Assembly (NCBI GenBank): GCA_024644015.1
Contig: JAHELV010000004.1
Location: forward strand, 45,703-109,702
Source of the DNA: Nitriliruptorales bacterium
Lineage (GTDB): Bacteria; Actinomycetota; Nitriliruptoria; Euzebyales; JAHELV01
Direction of reading: 5' to 3'
DNA length: 64,000 bases
The notes beneath the pieces are model-generated. The model was not told where the DNA came from. It made no database searches and saw only the letters and a program-made list of their open reading frames with translations. Position numbers and translations under genes: made by a program. Shown in pieces: positions 36,805-47,964 of the stretch. Position 1 is the stretch's first letter; each line of letters starts with the position of its first letter.

Positions 36805-38637
36805 TCAACCCTCCAGCAGCGCCCGGCGATCACGCTCGAGGCGCTCTCGTTCCGCGCTCAGCTCGCGAACCCGATCGCCATCGACGACTGCGTTCAGCCG
36901 AGCCATCCGCGCGCGTATGTCTGCGAGCTTGCGCGCCAGCGTCGCCGCACGCAACCGCATTACGTTCTCGGCCAGCTTATGCGGGTCAGAGGGGGTCGTG
37001 GGAGGGGCAACGGCAAGTGCCCGGATCCTCGAGCGCGTCGAGTCGTCGGGGAGGCGCTCCAGCAACTGCGCGAGCCCGCGCCACGGCGCTGTCGTCAGGG
37101 CGCCGAACAGCGCCCTTGATGGCTCGGCCGTGAAGTCCTCAGCCGACACCTGGTCCCAGCCCTCGATATCGATCTCCGGATGCTGGATCGCGGCCTGCAG
37201 CACGGCGCGCTCCAGCCGCAGTTGCGGATCACGCGGCTGCGCCGTGCGTCGTGGCGTATCCGCCAGTTGCCGCTCGCTGCGCTCACGCTCCCGGACGCCG
37301 ACCGTTGCGGTGATCTCGCGGTCGAGGTCCCGCTCGATCAGATCCGCCGAAAGACGCACGGCAGGCGCGACGATGTCCCGCACGTAGCTGTAGCGCAGGA
37401 AGCGATCGTCGAGCTGCATCAGCAGCGGGAACGTCCGGCGGTAGGCCGCGACCTGCCCTTCGGGAGTCGCCGTGTCGGCCTCCTGCAGCAGGTAGGCGAT
37501 CTGGAACTCCACCGCCGTTGCGGTGCCCGCCAGCGCCTGAGCAACGTGCTCTGGTCCTCTTGCCGCAAGGTCAGCAGGGTCGTCACCGGCCGGCAGAGGC
37601 AGGACGCCGACCTCACGGACGCCCTGCTCGACCGCAAGGGCCCGCGCACGGTCCGCGGCCTGGTAGCCCGCGGCGTCCGCGTCGAGCGCCAGGATCACGC
37701 GGCGCGCGAACTTCTCGAGCAGCCCGAAGTGCTCAGCCGTCAAGGCGGTGCCACATGTCGCCACCGTGTTGGGCGCCCCGGCCTGATGCATGCCGATCAC
37801 GTCGAGGTAGCCCTCGACCACCACCGCGGCGTCATTCCGCTGGATGTCGGCACGGGCCCAGTTGAGGCCGTACAGCACGCGCGATTTGCGGTACACCTCG
37901 GTCTCGGGCGAGTTGATGTACTTCGGCGCCGTCTGGTCGCGGCCCTGGGTTCGCAGCGCCACCCCGGGCACGATGCGTCCGCCGAACGCGACGACGTCGC
38001 GGCCGCTGGAGTCGTAGATCGGAAAGATGACCCGGCCACGGAACCGGTCGATCAGACCCCGCCGCCCGCGCGTCGCAAGGCCGGCGTCCGCGATCTCCTG
38101 CTGTGAAAAGCCCGCGCCGGTCAGGTGACGCACCAGCGCGTCCCACGAGTCCGGCGCCCAGCCCAGCTCGAAGTGCGCGGCGATCTGCTTCGTCAGACCC
38201 CGCCCGGCGAGGTAGGTGCGCGCGTGCTCGCCCTCGGCGGATTCCAGCTGTGCGCGGAAATACGATTTGGCCTCGCCGAGGCACTCGACCAACCGCGTGC
38301 GCCGGCCCAGGGCGCGGCGTTGACCGGGCGACAGCTCTTCGTACCGCAGCGTCACTCCCTCGAGCCGAGCAAGGCGTTCCACCGCCTCGGGGAACGTCAG
38401 TGCCTCGATCCGCTGGAGGAAGTCGTACACGTCACCGCCGACGTCGCACCCGAAGCAGTGGAAGAACCCCCGCGCCGGGTCCACGTAGAACGAGGGAGTC
38501 CGCTCGTCGTGAAACGGGCAGAGTCCCCGCAGGCGGCTTCCGCTGCGCTTGAGCGCGGTGTAGTCGGAGACGACCGCAGCGAGGTTCGCACGCTCGCGCA
38601 GCGCCTGCACGTCCTCGTCGTTGATCCTGCCAGCCAC
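36805..38637 (-). CDS. dnaG: DNA primase
   Basis: Zinc ribbon CPFHDERTPSFYV..FFHCFGCDVGGDVYDF, and a TOPRIM region (VVVEGYLDVI, ILALDADAAG). GTG at 38637 with GAGGAG 7 nt upstream. The track start at 38697 is possible but lacks an SD. Confidence 0.9.
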   Translation of the reverse strand: MAGRINDEDVQALRERANLAAVVSDYTALKRSGSRLRGLCPFHDERTPSFYVDPARGFFHCFGCDVGGDVYDFLQRIEALTFPEAVERLARLEGVTLRYEELSPGQRRALGRRTRLVECLGEAKSYFRAQLESAEGEHARTYLAGRGLTKQIAAHFELGWAPDSWDALVRHLTGAGFSQQEIADAGLATRGRRGLIDRFRGRVIFPIYDSSGRDVVAFGGRIVPGVALRTQGRDQTAPKYINSPETEVYRKSRVLYGLNWARADIQRNDAAVVVEGYLDVIGMHQAGAPNTVATCGTALTAEHFGLLEKFARRVILALDADAAGYQAADRARALAVEQGVREVGVLPLPAGDDPADLAARGPEHVAQALAGTATAVEFQIAYLLQEADTATPEGQVAAYRRTFPLLMQLDDRFLRYSYVRDIVAPAVRLSADLIERDLDREITATVGVRERERSERQLADTPRRTAQPRDPQLRLERAVLQAAIQHPEIDIEGWDQVSAEDFTAEPSRALFGALTTAPWRGLAQLLERLPDDSTRSRIRALAVAPPTTPSDPHKLAENVMRLRAATLARKLADIRARMARLNAVVDGDRVRELSAERERLERDRRALLEG

Positions 38638-38695
38638 TGCCACACTCCTCGGTGCCGAAGTGAATATGCCAGCTCCCACGGGGGATGATCCGAAC

Positions 38696-39871
38696 ATGCT
38701 CGGGTCGCCGCGTCGGGGTCACGATGATGCACGCGTCACAAACGGCTTGACGACGTCCGTGGCGATGTCCAACGATGATGATCTCGCGCTGGCAGACGGG
38801 CATGAGCCGTTGCTCGCGTTCGAGCCCGGCGACGAGGACGAGTGGCACCGGCTCGCACGCGGCTACCGCCTCGCCGGCCTGCTGTTGAGCGCACACCGTC
38901 TGGGCCTGCTGCGCCACATGGCCGATGGGCGCACCCACACCGCGCAGGACCTTTCGCAGAACCTGCTCGCCGACCCGAAGCTCGTGGTCGACATCTGCCG
39001 TGCGCTGCGGGCAACGGGCCTGCTGGCCGCGGCCGACGACGGGTGGCGGCTGAGTGCGACCGGGGTCCGTCTGGCCGGCGATCGCGCAGCCGCCCTCGAA
39101 CTCGACGCGATGGCCGAGGACTACGGGCGGTGGGGGGAGCTCGACCGCCACGCGAGGCTGCTGCTCCAAGAGGGCCGGACGGAGCCCATCACGCACGGCG
39201 ATGACGCCGTCGACGCCGACGAGCAGGCGGCACGCCGCTACGCACGCCGCATCAGCAACCGACGGCGTCTCCAGTTGAGCAGACTGATCGCGCACGTGCG
39301 TCCGACCCGGCCGCTGACCGTGCTCGACGCCTGGGGCGGCGATGGCTACGCCGCGCGAGAGATATGCAGCGCATGGCCACGTGCCACGTGCACCGTGCTG
39401 GAGATCCCGACGATGGCGCGCATAGCGACCGAGTCGTGCGCCGGTCACCCGCGAATCGCCGTGGTGTCAGCCGACCCGGCCGCCGACGCACCACGCGACG
39501 CGCTCGGCGGCCGCACGGTCGACGTGGTGGTCCTGTCCCATGTGCTGCAGAGCGTCTCCCGCGAACGTCGCCGTGAGCTGTCCGCCCAGGTGGCCCGCGT
39601 GCTCGCACCAGGAGGCTGCCTGCTGTCGAGTGAGTACGTGTTGCGCTGGAACGACCGCGACTCCCTCGATGTCCTGCTGTGGGCTGTGGCCCGCACGGCG
39701 GCCAACTGGCAGGGTGACGCGCTGCGGGAGAGCGAGCAGGACATGCTGCTGCGCGGTAACGGGCTCGCCGCGGTCGCGTCGTGGTGGGTCACACAGTCGA
39801 CCCGGGCGGTGCTCGGCGTCAAGCCGGCTGCCGGCGTCGAGCCCGCGCTGGAGGTCCGCACTGTCCGATGA
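38696..39871 (+). CDS. Class I SAM-dependent (O-)methyltransferase with an N-terminal winged-helix dimerisation-like domain
   Basis: VLDAWGGDGYAARE (motif I-like), VVVLSHVLQSV, LAPGGCLLSSEY. The start is ambiguous (ATG at 38666, 38696 or 38765). Confidence 0.65.
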   Translation: MLGSPRRGHDDARVTNGLTTSVAMSNDDDLALADGHEPLLAFEPGDEDEWHRLARGYRLAGLLLSAHRLGLLRHMADGRTHTAQDLSQNLLADPKLVVDICRALRATGLLAAADDGWRLSATGVRLAGDRAAALELDAMAEDYGRWGELDRHARLLLQEGRTEPITHGDDAVDADEQAARRYARRISNRRRLQLSRLIAHVRPTRPLTVLDAWGGDGYAAREICSAWPRATCTVLEIPTMARIATESCAGHPRIAVVSADPAADAPRDALGGRTVDVVVLSHVLQSVSRERRRELSAQVARVLAPGGCLLSSEYVLRWNDRDSLDVLLWAVARTAANWQGDALRESEQDMLLRGNGLAAVASWWVTQSTRAVLGVKPAAGVEPALEVRTVR

Positions 39872-40058
39872 CGCCAGATCGAGCCCTCCGGGAAGTCAAC
39901 CGCGCACACTGTGGAGCGGAAGACGCGGTACATAGCGCGGCCGCCTCCCCACGCGGCACAGGTGCCTACCCACCACGGCGGCGGACGACTACGTTGGCGC
40001 GTGTCGCGATGACCACCGCTGATAGCCACATCTGCAAGCCGACCCAAGGAGTGTCGTC

Positions 40059-40370
40059 GTGCAACGCGTCACATTGCGTGAGCTGGCCACCGCCACACGC
40101 ATCGCCGATGCGTTGGTCTACACCGTCGGGGTCGCCGGCGTCGTCGCCGGCGGGCTGCTGCTGCGCAGCGGTTCCGTCGGGTTCGCTGTGGTCGCCTGGA
40201 CGCTGACCTTCGTGGCGGGCGCAGCGCTGCGGCTCCTGTCGACGATCACCCGCGGCATCGCCGACATCAAAACCGAGCTCGACCGGCTTCCAGATCCGTC
40301 GCCGGCGCTGCCGCACCAGGACCCGGACGCCCCGCCCGACCCGTACCGCCGCTGGGGCGGCTGGCACTGA
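40059..40370 (+). CDS. Hypothetical two-TM small membrane protein (103 aa)
   Basis: GTG at 40059 with AAGGAG 7 nt upstream. Two hydrophobic helices and a Pro/Asp-rich tail. No family recognised. Confidence 0.45.
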   Translation: MQRVTLRELATATRIADALVYTVGVAGVVAGGLLLRSGSVGFAVVAWTLTFVAGAALRLLSTITRGIADIKTELDRLPDPSPALPHQDPDAPPDPYRRWGGWH

Positions 40371-41792
<1,422 letters not shown>

Positions 41793-41942
41793 GTGGTCCT
41801 CCAACTTCGTGGAGCCTGGTTCCACGAAACACGTGGCGGACGGGCCCCGCCCGCCACAAAGTACGAGTCGGCCCCAGGGTGGCTCCGCAGGGACCGCGAC
41901 ATCGGCCATCATAGGGTCACGGTCGGTGAGAGGACCAAGACG

Positions 41943-43085
41943 ATGCAGCCCACCCCAACCCTCCAGTCCAGCGTGTGGCGGATCGTCGGCTCGATCGCAG
42001 ATGTCGTGACGGTCGCGCGTGTCCGGCGCAAGCTGTCCAGCGGCAGCCTCGAGCCCGTCGAGCTGGTGCCGCACCGCGGCTACGGCACGCCGGCATGGTT
42101 GTTTGTGCAGGCGCGCGTGCTCGAGTCGCACGGTGTCACGCCGGGAACCGCGACCGACCCCTGGTGGCGCAACGTGTTCGCCGCCTACCGCCGGTTCGTG
42201 TCGCTGGAGATCCCCGGTGCGATCGTACGCGCGTCGATCGACGGACAGCAGGTCGAGGCCACCGCCGATGTCGACGGCTACGTCAAGGTCGAGATCGCCA
42301 ACACGAGGCCTGATCGCACGGGCTGGCGTCGCGTCGAGCTCAGACTGGTCGCACCCCCGGACGGACAGCGCGACGGCCGCGCGACCGCAGACGTGCTGGT
42401 GCCCGATCCACGCGCCACGATCGGCGTGATCAGCGACGTCGACGACACGATCCTGCACACCGGCCTCACGCAGACGGCCGGCATGCTGCGCACGACCCTG
42501 CTGCACAACGCCACGACCAGGTTGCCGTTCCCTGGCGTCGCCGCCTTCTACCGCGCCCTGCACGAGGGCGACGGCGCCGCGACGCGCCCGGTCTTCTTCG
42601 TGTCGGGAAGCCCGTGGAACCTGTACGACATGATCGAGCGCTTCATCGAGATCCAGGAGATCCCAGCTGGTCCGCTGTTCCTCAAGGACTGGGGCGTCGA
42701 CGAGCACAAGTTCATACGGGAGGACACCCACGCCTACAAGCTGGCTCGGATCGGCCTGCTGCTGCGCACGTATCCCGACCTGGACTTCGTCCTCATCGGC
42801 GACAGCGGCCAGCAGGACCCGGAGATCTACACCGACGTGATCAACCGCTGGCCGGAGCGCATCGCCGCGGTCTACATCCGCGACGTGACATCGGACGCGT
42901 CCCGCGACGAGGCGGTTCAGACGCTGCTGCGCACGCTCGAGGCGCACCACGTGCCCTCGGCATTCGGTGCATCGACCATGAGCGCAGCCACGGACGCCGC
43001 GTCACGCGGCCTGATCGACCCCGGCCGGCTCGACGAGATCCGGCGCGCGTGTGAGGCCGACAGCGCAGATGTCGCGTCCAGCTAG
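41943..43085 (+). CDS. App1-family (DUF2183) phosphatidate-phosphatase-like protein
   Basis: [13 protein letters not shown] (DxDxT), [28 protein letters not shown] at 41943 after GAGAGGA. Confidence 0.8.
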   Translation: MQPTPTLQSSVWRIVGSIADVVTVARVRRKLSSGSLEPVELVPHRGYGTPAWLFVQARVLESHGVTPGTATDPWWRNVFAAYRRFVSLEIPGAIVRASIDGQQVEATADVDGYVKVEIANTRPDRTGWRRVELRLVAPPDGQRDGRATADVLVPDPRATIGVISDVDDTILHTGLTQTAGMLRTTLLHNATTRLPFPGVAAFYRALHEGDGAATRPVFFVSGSPWNLYDMIERFIEIQEIPAGPLFLKDWGVDEHKFIREDTHAYKLARIGLLLRTYPDLDFVLIGDSGQQDPEIYTDVINRWPERIAAVYIRDVTSDASRDEAVQTLLRTLEAHHVPSAFGASTMSAATDAASRGLIDPGRLDEIRRACEADSADVASS

Positions 43086-43095
43086 CCGCCAGACC

Positions 43096-43123
43096 TTGGC
43101 AGGCGGGCGAATTCTGGTAGCGT
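43096..43123 (+). promoter_or_regulatory. Candidate sigma-70-type promoter for gluABCD
   Basis: TTGGCA (43096..43101), a 16-nt spacer, then TAGCGT (43118..43123), about 35 nt upstream of the gluA ATG. Pattern match only. Confidence 0.3.
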
Positions 43124-43157
43124 CCCCACGAGGTCGGTCGTAGAGAAAGGCCAGGGG

Positions 43158-43901
43158 ATGTCCGAGCAACCACTCATCGGCATGCACGGTGTGAACAAGT
43201 GGTTCGGCGAGCTGCACGTCCTCAAGAACATCAACCTCGATATCGACCACCGCGAGGTCGTGGTGGTCATCGGCCCGTCCGGATCGGGCAAGTCGACGTT
43301 GTGCCGGGCCATCAACCGGCTCGAGCCGATTCAGGAGGGCGAGATCACGATCGACGGTGAGCGCCTGCCCGAGGAGGGCAAGGATCTCGCACGGCTACGT
43401 GCGGACGTCGGCATGGTGTTCCAGCAGTTCAACCTCTTCGCCCACAAGACGATCCGCGAGAACGTGACGCTCGGGCCGGTAAAGGTCCGCAAGCTGGACA
43501 AGAAGGAAGCCGACTCGCGCGCCCAAGAGCTCCTCGAGCGGGTCGGTGTCGCCAACCAGGCGGAAAAGTACCCTGCGGAGCTGTCGGGCGGGCAGCAGCA
43601 GCGCGTCGCGATCGCACGGGCACTGGCCATGAGGCCCAAGGCCATGCTGTTCGACGAGCCGACGTCGGCCCTGGACCCCGAGATGATCGCCGAGGTCCTC
43701 GATGTGATGCTTGAGTTGGCCGAGGAAGGTACTACGATGGTCGTAGTGACCCACGAGATGGGGTTCGCGCGCTCGGCCGCCCGTCGTGTCGTGTTCATGG
43801 ACGAGGGGCAGATCATGGAGGTCGCGCCTCCAGACAGGTTCTTTGATCACCCGGAAACGGAACGGGCGCAGGACTTCCTCTCGAAGATCCTGGCCCACTA
43901 G
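43158..43901 (+). CDS. gluA: Glutamate/polar amino acid ABC transporter ATP-binding protein
   Basis: [37 protein letters not shown]. First gene of a four-gene gluABCD-like operon. Confidence 0.9.
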   Translation: MSEQPLIGMHGVNKWFGELHVLKNINLDIDHREVVVVIGPSGSGKSTLCRAINRLEPIQEGEITIDGERLPEEGKDLARLRADVGMVFQQFNLFAHKTIRENVTLGPVKVRKLDKKEADSRAQELLERVGVANQAEKYPAELSGGQQQRVAIARALAMRPKAMLFDEPTSALDPEMIAEVLDVMLELAEEGTTMVVVTHEMGFARSAARRVVFMDEGQIMEVAPPDRFFDHPETERAQDFLSKILAH

Positions 43902-43919
43902 CTGGAAGGAAACCAGCCA

Positions 43920-44969
43920 ATGCAAACACGACGACTGCGAGTCTTCGGACTCGTCATGATCCTGATGCTGCTGCTCGCGGCATGTGGCGGAGGCGACGAC
44001 ACCGCCACGAGCGGCGACACCGAAGCGGCAGCCGCAGGCACGAGCGAGGCGGCTGCGCCGTCCGGCGCCACGGTGGGTGTCGACGCGGCGGGCGTGCAGG
44101 CTCTGAAAGACAAGGGCACCATCATTGTCGGCGTCAAGTACGACCAGCCGCTGTTCGGTGTCAACACGCCGAGCGGCGTCGAGGGCTTCGACGCTGAGAT
44201 TGCCAAGCTGATGGTCGAGGGCATCTTCCAGGACGGCGATCCCGACAGCCACATCGAGTTCCAGGAGGCGGTGTCGGCCAATCGCGAGCCGTTCCTGCAG
44301 AACGGCGAGGTCGACATGGTGATCGCGACCTACACCATGAACGAGGAACGCGACCAGGTCGTCGACTTCGCGGGGCCGTACTACAACACCGGCCAGCAGC
44401 TGATGGTCCCCGAGGGCAACCCCTCGGGCATCCAGTCACCGGAGGACCTCAACACGGCCGACATGACAACCTGCTCGGTGGAGGGATCGACGTCGCTGCA
44501 GAACTTCCAGGAGCTCGCACCCGACGCCGACACGATCACGTTCGACACCTACACGAAGTGCGCCGAGGCCATGAACGACGGACGCGTCGACGCCACGACG
44601 ACCGACGGGGCGATCCTGTTCGGCCTGGTCGACGAGTTCGGCGGCTTCGAGGTCGTGGGTGAGGAGTTCAGCGACGAGCCATACGGCATCGGCATACCGG
44701 ACGGCGCGACGGACGTGCGTCTGTACCTCAACGAGCGCATCTGCCAGATCCAGCAGAATGGCGAGTGGGACCAGGCATACGCCGACACAGTCGGCGTCGT
44801 TTCCGACACGCCCGAGCCGCCTGAGATCGGGCCGCCGCTGGCGTACGACCAGATGTTCCCCGAGGGCAGCGAGTGCCCGCAGGCCAGTGCGGCCGGCGGC
44901 ACGTCATCGGAGGCTGGCAGTGAGATGACCAGCGAGCCCGCCGCGACCACTTCGGAGGCCGCCAGCTAG
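43920..44969 (+). CDS. gluB: Glutamate-binding lipoprotein (family 3 solute-binding protein)
   Basis: Lipobox LLLAACGGG. Family-3 SBP pattern (IIVGVKYDQPLFG, VDMVIATYTMNEER). Acidic Ser/Thr/Ala-rich C-terminal tail. Confidence 0.85.
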   Translation: MQTRRLRVFGLVMILMLLLAACGGGDDTATSGDTEAAAAGTSEAAAPSGATVGVDAAGVQALKDKGTIIVGVKYDQPLFGVNTPSGVEGFDAEIAKLMVEGIFQDGDPDSHIEFQEAVSANREPFLQNGEVDMVIATYTMNEERDQVVDFAGPYYNTGQQLMVPEGNPSGIQSPEDLNTADMTTCSVEGSTSLQNFQELAPDADTITFDTYTKCAEAMNDGRVDATTTDGAILFGLVDEFGGFEVVGEEFSDEPYGIGIPDGATDVRLYLNERICQIQQNGEWDQAYADTVGVVSDTPEPPEIGPPLAYDQMFPEGSECPQASAAGGTSSEAGSEMTSEPAATTSEAAS

Positions 44970-45037
44970 TCGGTTTGCTGTAACGCGGCGGGCCGGCTGT
45001 CGATGGCCGGCCCGCCGCACTGCACGAAGGAGAGCGG

Positions 45038-45691
45038 ATGGACCCGATCAGCTTCCTGATCGAGAACTGGGACCTCTACGTCAACGGGTTCATCCGCACC
45101 TTCCAGGCCGCCAACCTGGCCTTCGTGTTCGCCATGGTCGTTGGTGTGATCATCGCATCGTTCAGAGTCGGCCCGATCCCGCCGTTGCAGCGCTTCGCGG
45201 CGTTCTACGTGACCGTGTTCCGCAACACGCCGTTGCTGATCATCTTCTTCTTGTTCTTCTTCGGACTCCCGAAGCTCGGCTTCACGTTCTCGCCGTTCAC
45301 GTCCACGGTGATCGTGATGTCGTTGTACACCGGCGCCTACCTCAGTGAGACGGTCCGGTCGGGCATCAACTCCGTCGACCCCGGTCAGGCCGAGGCCGCG
45401 CGTGCCGTCGGGTTGAAGTTCCGTGAGGTTCTCGGGACGGTGGTGGTCCCGCAAGCGCTGCGGACGGTGGTGGGACCGATCGGCAACCTCTACATCGCGA
45501 ACGGCAAGAACACGGTGATCGGGACGACGATCGGGCTGTTCGTCGAAACGACGGCCGCGCAGCGCCTCGCCAACAGCACCGGCCAGCCCATCGCGGCGTA
45601 CACGGCGGCTGCGCTGTTCTTCGTGGTCTGGTTGTTGATCGCGGCGCAGGTGTTCACGTCCATCGAGCGCCGCGTGGCGATCAAGCGATAG
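45038..45691 (+). CDS. gluC: Amino acid ABC transporter permease
   Basis: 217 aa, HisM/GlnP-type. EAA loop GAYLSETVRSGINSVDPGQAEAARAVGL. Confidence 0.85.
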   Translation: MDPISFLIENWDLYVNGFIRTFQAANLAFVFAMVVGVIIASFRVGPIPPLQRFAAFYVTVFRNTPLLIIFFLFFFGLPKLGFTFSPFTSTVIVMSLYTGAYLSETVRSGINSVDPGQAEAARAVGLKFREVLGTVVVPQALRTVVGPIGNLYIANGKNTVIGTTIGLFVETTAAQRLANSTGQPIAAYTAAALFFVVWLLIAAQVFTSIERRVAIKR

Positions 45692-45700
45692 GCGAGACGG

Positions 45701-46615
45701 ATGAGCTCGGTACTCACGGAGGATCTCGGACCTCGCGGGCGGCAGCGTGTGCGGATCGCCACGTGGATCTCACTCGCTGCCGTTGCTGCGATCATCGCCT
45801 TTGCGATCTACCGATTCGCCGCGACCGGAAACCTCGCGCCCGAGCTGTACCAACAATTCATCGACTTCGACGAGGGGTGGCCGCAGTTCGTCATCGCGGG
45901 GCTGGGCAACACGATCAAGGCCGCGCTGATCGCCATGGTCTTCGCGACGGCCATCGGTTTCATCCTCGCCCTCGCCCGGATCGCCCAGAACGGCGTGCTC
46001 CGAGTGTTGGCGCGGGTCTACATCGACGTGTTCCGCAGCATTCCGCTGCTCATCCTCATCCTGTTCGGCTTCTTCGGGATCCAACAGTTCGTCGACATCT
46101 CGCAGCTCACGGGCCTCATCATCGGACTGACCCTCTACAACAGCGCGGTGCTCGCCGAGATCTTCCGCGCGGGCATCCTCTCACTTAGCAAAGGCCAGTC
46201 CGAGGCGGCGTCATCGCTCGGCATGACGTACTGGCAATCGATGCAGCTGGTCATCCTGCCGCAGGCGGTGCGGCGCATGATCCCGGCGATCGTGGCCCAG
46301 CTGGCGACGCTGACGAAGGACACGTCACTCGGCTTCATCATCGGATACGAGGAGGCGTTGCGGCGCGCCGGTGCGCTTGCGCAGGCGCCACCGAGCAATC
46401 AGCTGCAGGCGTTCATCTTCGCCGGAATCCTGTACTTCATCGTGATCTTTGCACTGTCACGGTTGGCGCGCTACCTCGAGCTTCGGTCCCGCAAGCGGTA
46501 CGGAGCAGCCCGGATCGAAGGTGCCCCGGGCATGGAGGACATCGACGCGCTCAGCGAAGAGGTGGACATCGAAGAAGCCGAGCTTGCCGAGCCGACACCG
46601 GTCATCAGCGCCTGA
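45701..46615 (+). CDS. gluD: Amino acid ABC transporter permease
   Basis: 304 aa. SAVLAEIFRAGILSLSKGQSEAASSLGM loop. Charged C-terminal extension. Confidence 0.85.
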   Translation: MSSVLTEDLGPRGRQRVRIATWISLAAVAAIIAFAIYRFAATGNLAPELYQQFIDFDEGWPQFVIAGLGNTIKAALIAMVFATAIGFILALARIAQNGVLRVLARVYIDVFRSIPLLILILFGFFGIQQFVDISQLTGLIIGLTLYNSAVLAEIFRAGILSLSKGQSEAASSLGMTYWQSMQLVILPQAVRRMIPAIVAQLATLTKDTSLGFIIGYEEALRRAGALAQAPPSNQLQAFIFAGILYFIVIFALSRLARYLELRSRKRYGAARIEGAPGMEDIDALSEEVDIEEAELAEPTPVISA

Positions 46616-46629
46616 CGCCCGACCGGAAG

Positions 46630-46664
46630 ACCGCACGGATCCCGTAGGGTGGTCCGTGCGGTTT
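46630..46664. terminator. Stem-loop between convergent gluD and the ALDH-like gene (candidate bidirectional terminator)
   Basis: Perfect 10-bp inverted repeat ACCGCACGGA (46630..46639) / TCCGTGCGGT (46653..46662) with a 13-nt loop. A TTT run (46662..46664) begins at the last stem base. Confidence 0.5.
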
Positions 46665-47530
46665 CAGACGCCGACGGGGTGCCAGACCGTCTTGATCTCC
46701 AACGGCGCAAGCAGGCGCCGGGTGCCCGGGTCGGCGGACCAGTCGGGTTCGTCCGGTGGCGCCGGCAGCACTCGCTTGACGTTCTCCGCCGCGGCCTCCT
46801 CCAGTGGCGTGCGCCTGTCGGACTCCACCCCCGTCAGGTCAATCGCGTTGACGTCCATGTGCGACGCGAGTACCGGCGCAAGCTCCGACGTGTGACCGGT
46901 CAGCAGGTTCACGACTCCGCCGGGTAGGTCGGAGGTCGCCAGCACCTCCCCCAGACTGATCGCAGGAAGCGGCCGCTGCTCACTGGTGACCACGACCGCC
47001 GTGTTGCCGGTGACGATGACCGGTGCGACGACGCTGACCAGTCCGAGCAGACTCGATGCCTGCGGTGCCATGATCGCCACCACGCCGGTTGGCTCGGGGA
47101 CGCTGAAGTTGAAGTAGGGGCCGGCGACCGGGTTGGCCGCACCGGCGATCTGGCTCACCTTGTCCGCCCAGCCGGCGTACCAGACCCACCGATCGACGGC
47201 CGCCCCGACGGCCGCCGCACACTTGGCACGCGACAAGCCCTCCGACTGCCGGACCTCCTCGGCGAACTGGGCGGCACGGCCCTCCAGCATCTCCGCGACG
47301 CGGTAGAGAATCTGGGCGCGGTTGTACGCGGTCCGTCCCGACCAGCCCGCGAACGACCTGCGGGCCGCGACGACGGCATCCCGAGCATCCTTGCGGGACG
47401 CGCGCGACGCATTGGCCAGAAACTCGCCGTCGGCCGACTGTATCTCGTAGCTCCGCCCCGACTCCGAACGCGGGAAAGCGCCGCCCACGTACAGCTTGTA
47501 GGTCTTGCGCACCGCAAGACGGTCGCTCAT
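46664..47530 (-). CDS. Truncated aldehyde-dehydrogenase-like protein (cofactor-binding half only, no catalytic Cys/Glu region)
   Basis: 288 aa from the ATG at 47530. It aligns to an ALDH N-terminal half (KLYVGGAF, AARRSFAGWS, PTGVVAIMAPQ, GVVNLLTG) but ends after DVNAIDLTG, with no ELGGK or catalytic Cys block. Confidence 0.75.
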   Translation of the reverse strand: MSDRLAVRKTYKLYVGGAFPRSESGRSYEIQSADGEFLANASRASRKDARDAVVAARRSFAGWSGRTAYNRAQILYRVAEMLEGRAAQFAEEVRQSEGLSRAKCAAAVGAAVDRWVWYAGWADKVSQIAGAANPVAGPYFNFSVPEPTGVVAIMAPQASSLLGLVSVVAPVIVTGNTAVVVTSEQRPLPAISLGEVLATSDLPGGVVNLLTGHTSELAPVLASHMDVNAIDLTGVESDRRTPLEEAAAENVKRVLPAPPDEPDWSADPGTRRLLAPLEIKTVWHPVGV

Positions 47531-47763
47531 GGTTCCCGTGGCGCCACGTCGGTTGCACCCAGGTCCTCCGGCGTGATCGGCACGCCGTTGAGCGTGAGCT
47601 GGCGAACCGCCAGGTGGTTGATCTCCAGGTCGGCCATCGTGACGCGGCGCATTGCGGTCTGGCCTATCGCCAGCCGCCCGATCGCCAGTGCGCCGACGGC
47701 GCCGGCGCCCAGAGCGAGCGCTCCAGTCGCCACTGCTCCAACTGCCTTGCGTGTCACTGTCAT
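47527..47763 (-). CDS. Small Gly/Ala-rich hypothetical protein (78 aa)
   Basis: ATG at 47763. Its stop overlaps the downstream ATG (ATGA at 47530..47527). GALALGAGAVGALAIGRLAIG segment followed by an alternating hydrophobic pattern (LEINHLAVRQLTL). Confidence 0.5.
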   Translation of the reverse strand: MTVTRKAVGAVATGALALGAGAVGALAIGRLAIGQTAMRRVTMADLEINHLAVRQLTLNGVPITPEDLGATDVAPREP

Positions 47764-47832
47764 ATCGTGCCCGATCCGTGTCGCGTGCCCTGATGCTAAC
47801 CCGACCATCCGGGTCGCGGCGTACCGCGGGTA

Positions 47833-47941
47833 CACGCGGGCGCACCAAGGCCCGAATACGGCCGCAACCGCACCCACACCGTCACCCGACCACCACGCGG
47901 GCGCACCAGGGCCCGAATGGGGCCGCAACCGCACCCACGCC
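47833..47941. repeat. Two 48-nt imperfect direct repeats (44/48 identical), 61-nt period
   Basis: 47833..47880 is CACGCGGGCGCACCAAGGCCCGAATACGGCCGCAACCGCACCCACACC. 47894..47941 is CACGCGGGCGCACCAGGGCCCGAATGGGGCCGCAACCGCACCCACGCC. Both lie in the 201-nt spacer between the ALDH stop and the small-ORF start. Confidence 0.8.
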
Positions 47942-47964
47942 GCCGGCACACGTGCCGATCGGCC

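Noticed and set aside
41800-41942. T-box or other leader upstream of glyQS
   Set aside because: Only ~150 nt are shared with a divergent gene. No specifier-loop or T-box (AGGGUGGNACCGCG-like) sequence was seen, only a short imperfect GC hairpin.
41793-42950. N-terminal ~386 extra codons of the 859-aa glyQS track ORF; similar 5' extensions occur on the ORFs at 59701..62307, 50375..52069, 16484..17356, 57399..58043 and 53094..54161
   Set aside because: The extensions run antisense through neighbouring real genes or intergenic DNA, and they lack similarity to the respective families. Internal starts with SD sequences or stop/start overlaps give family-typical lengths.
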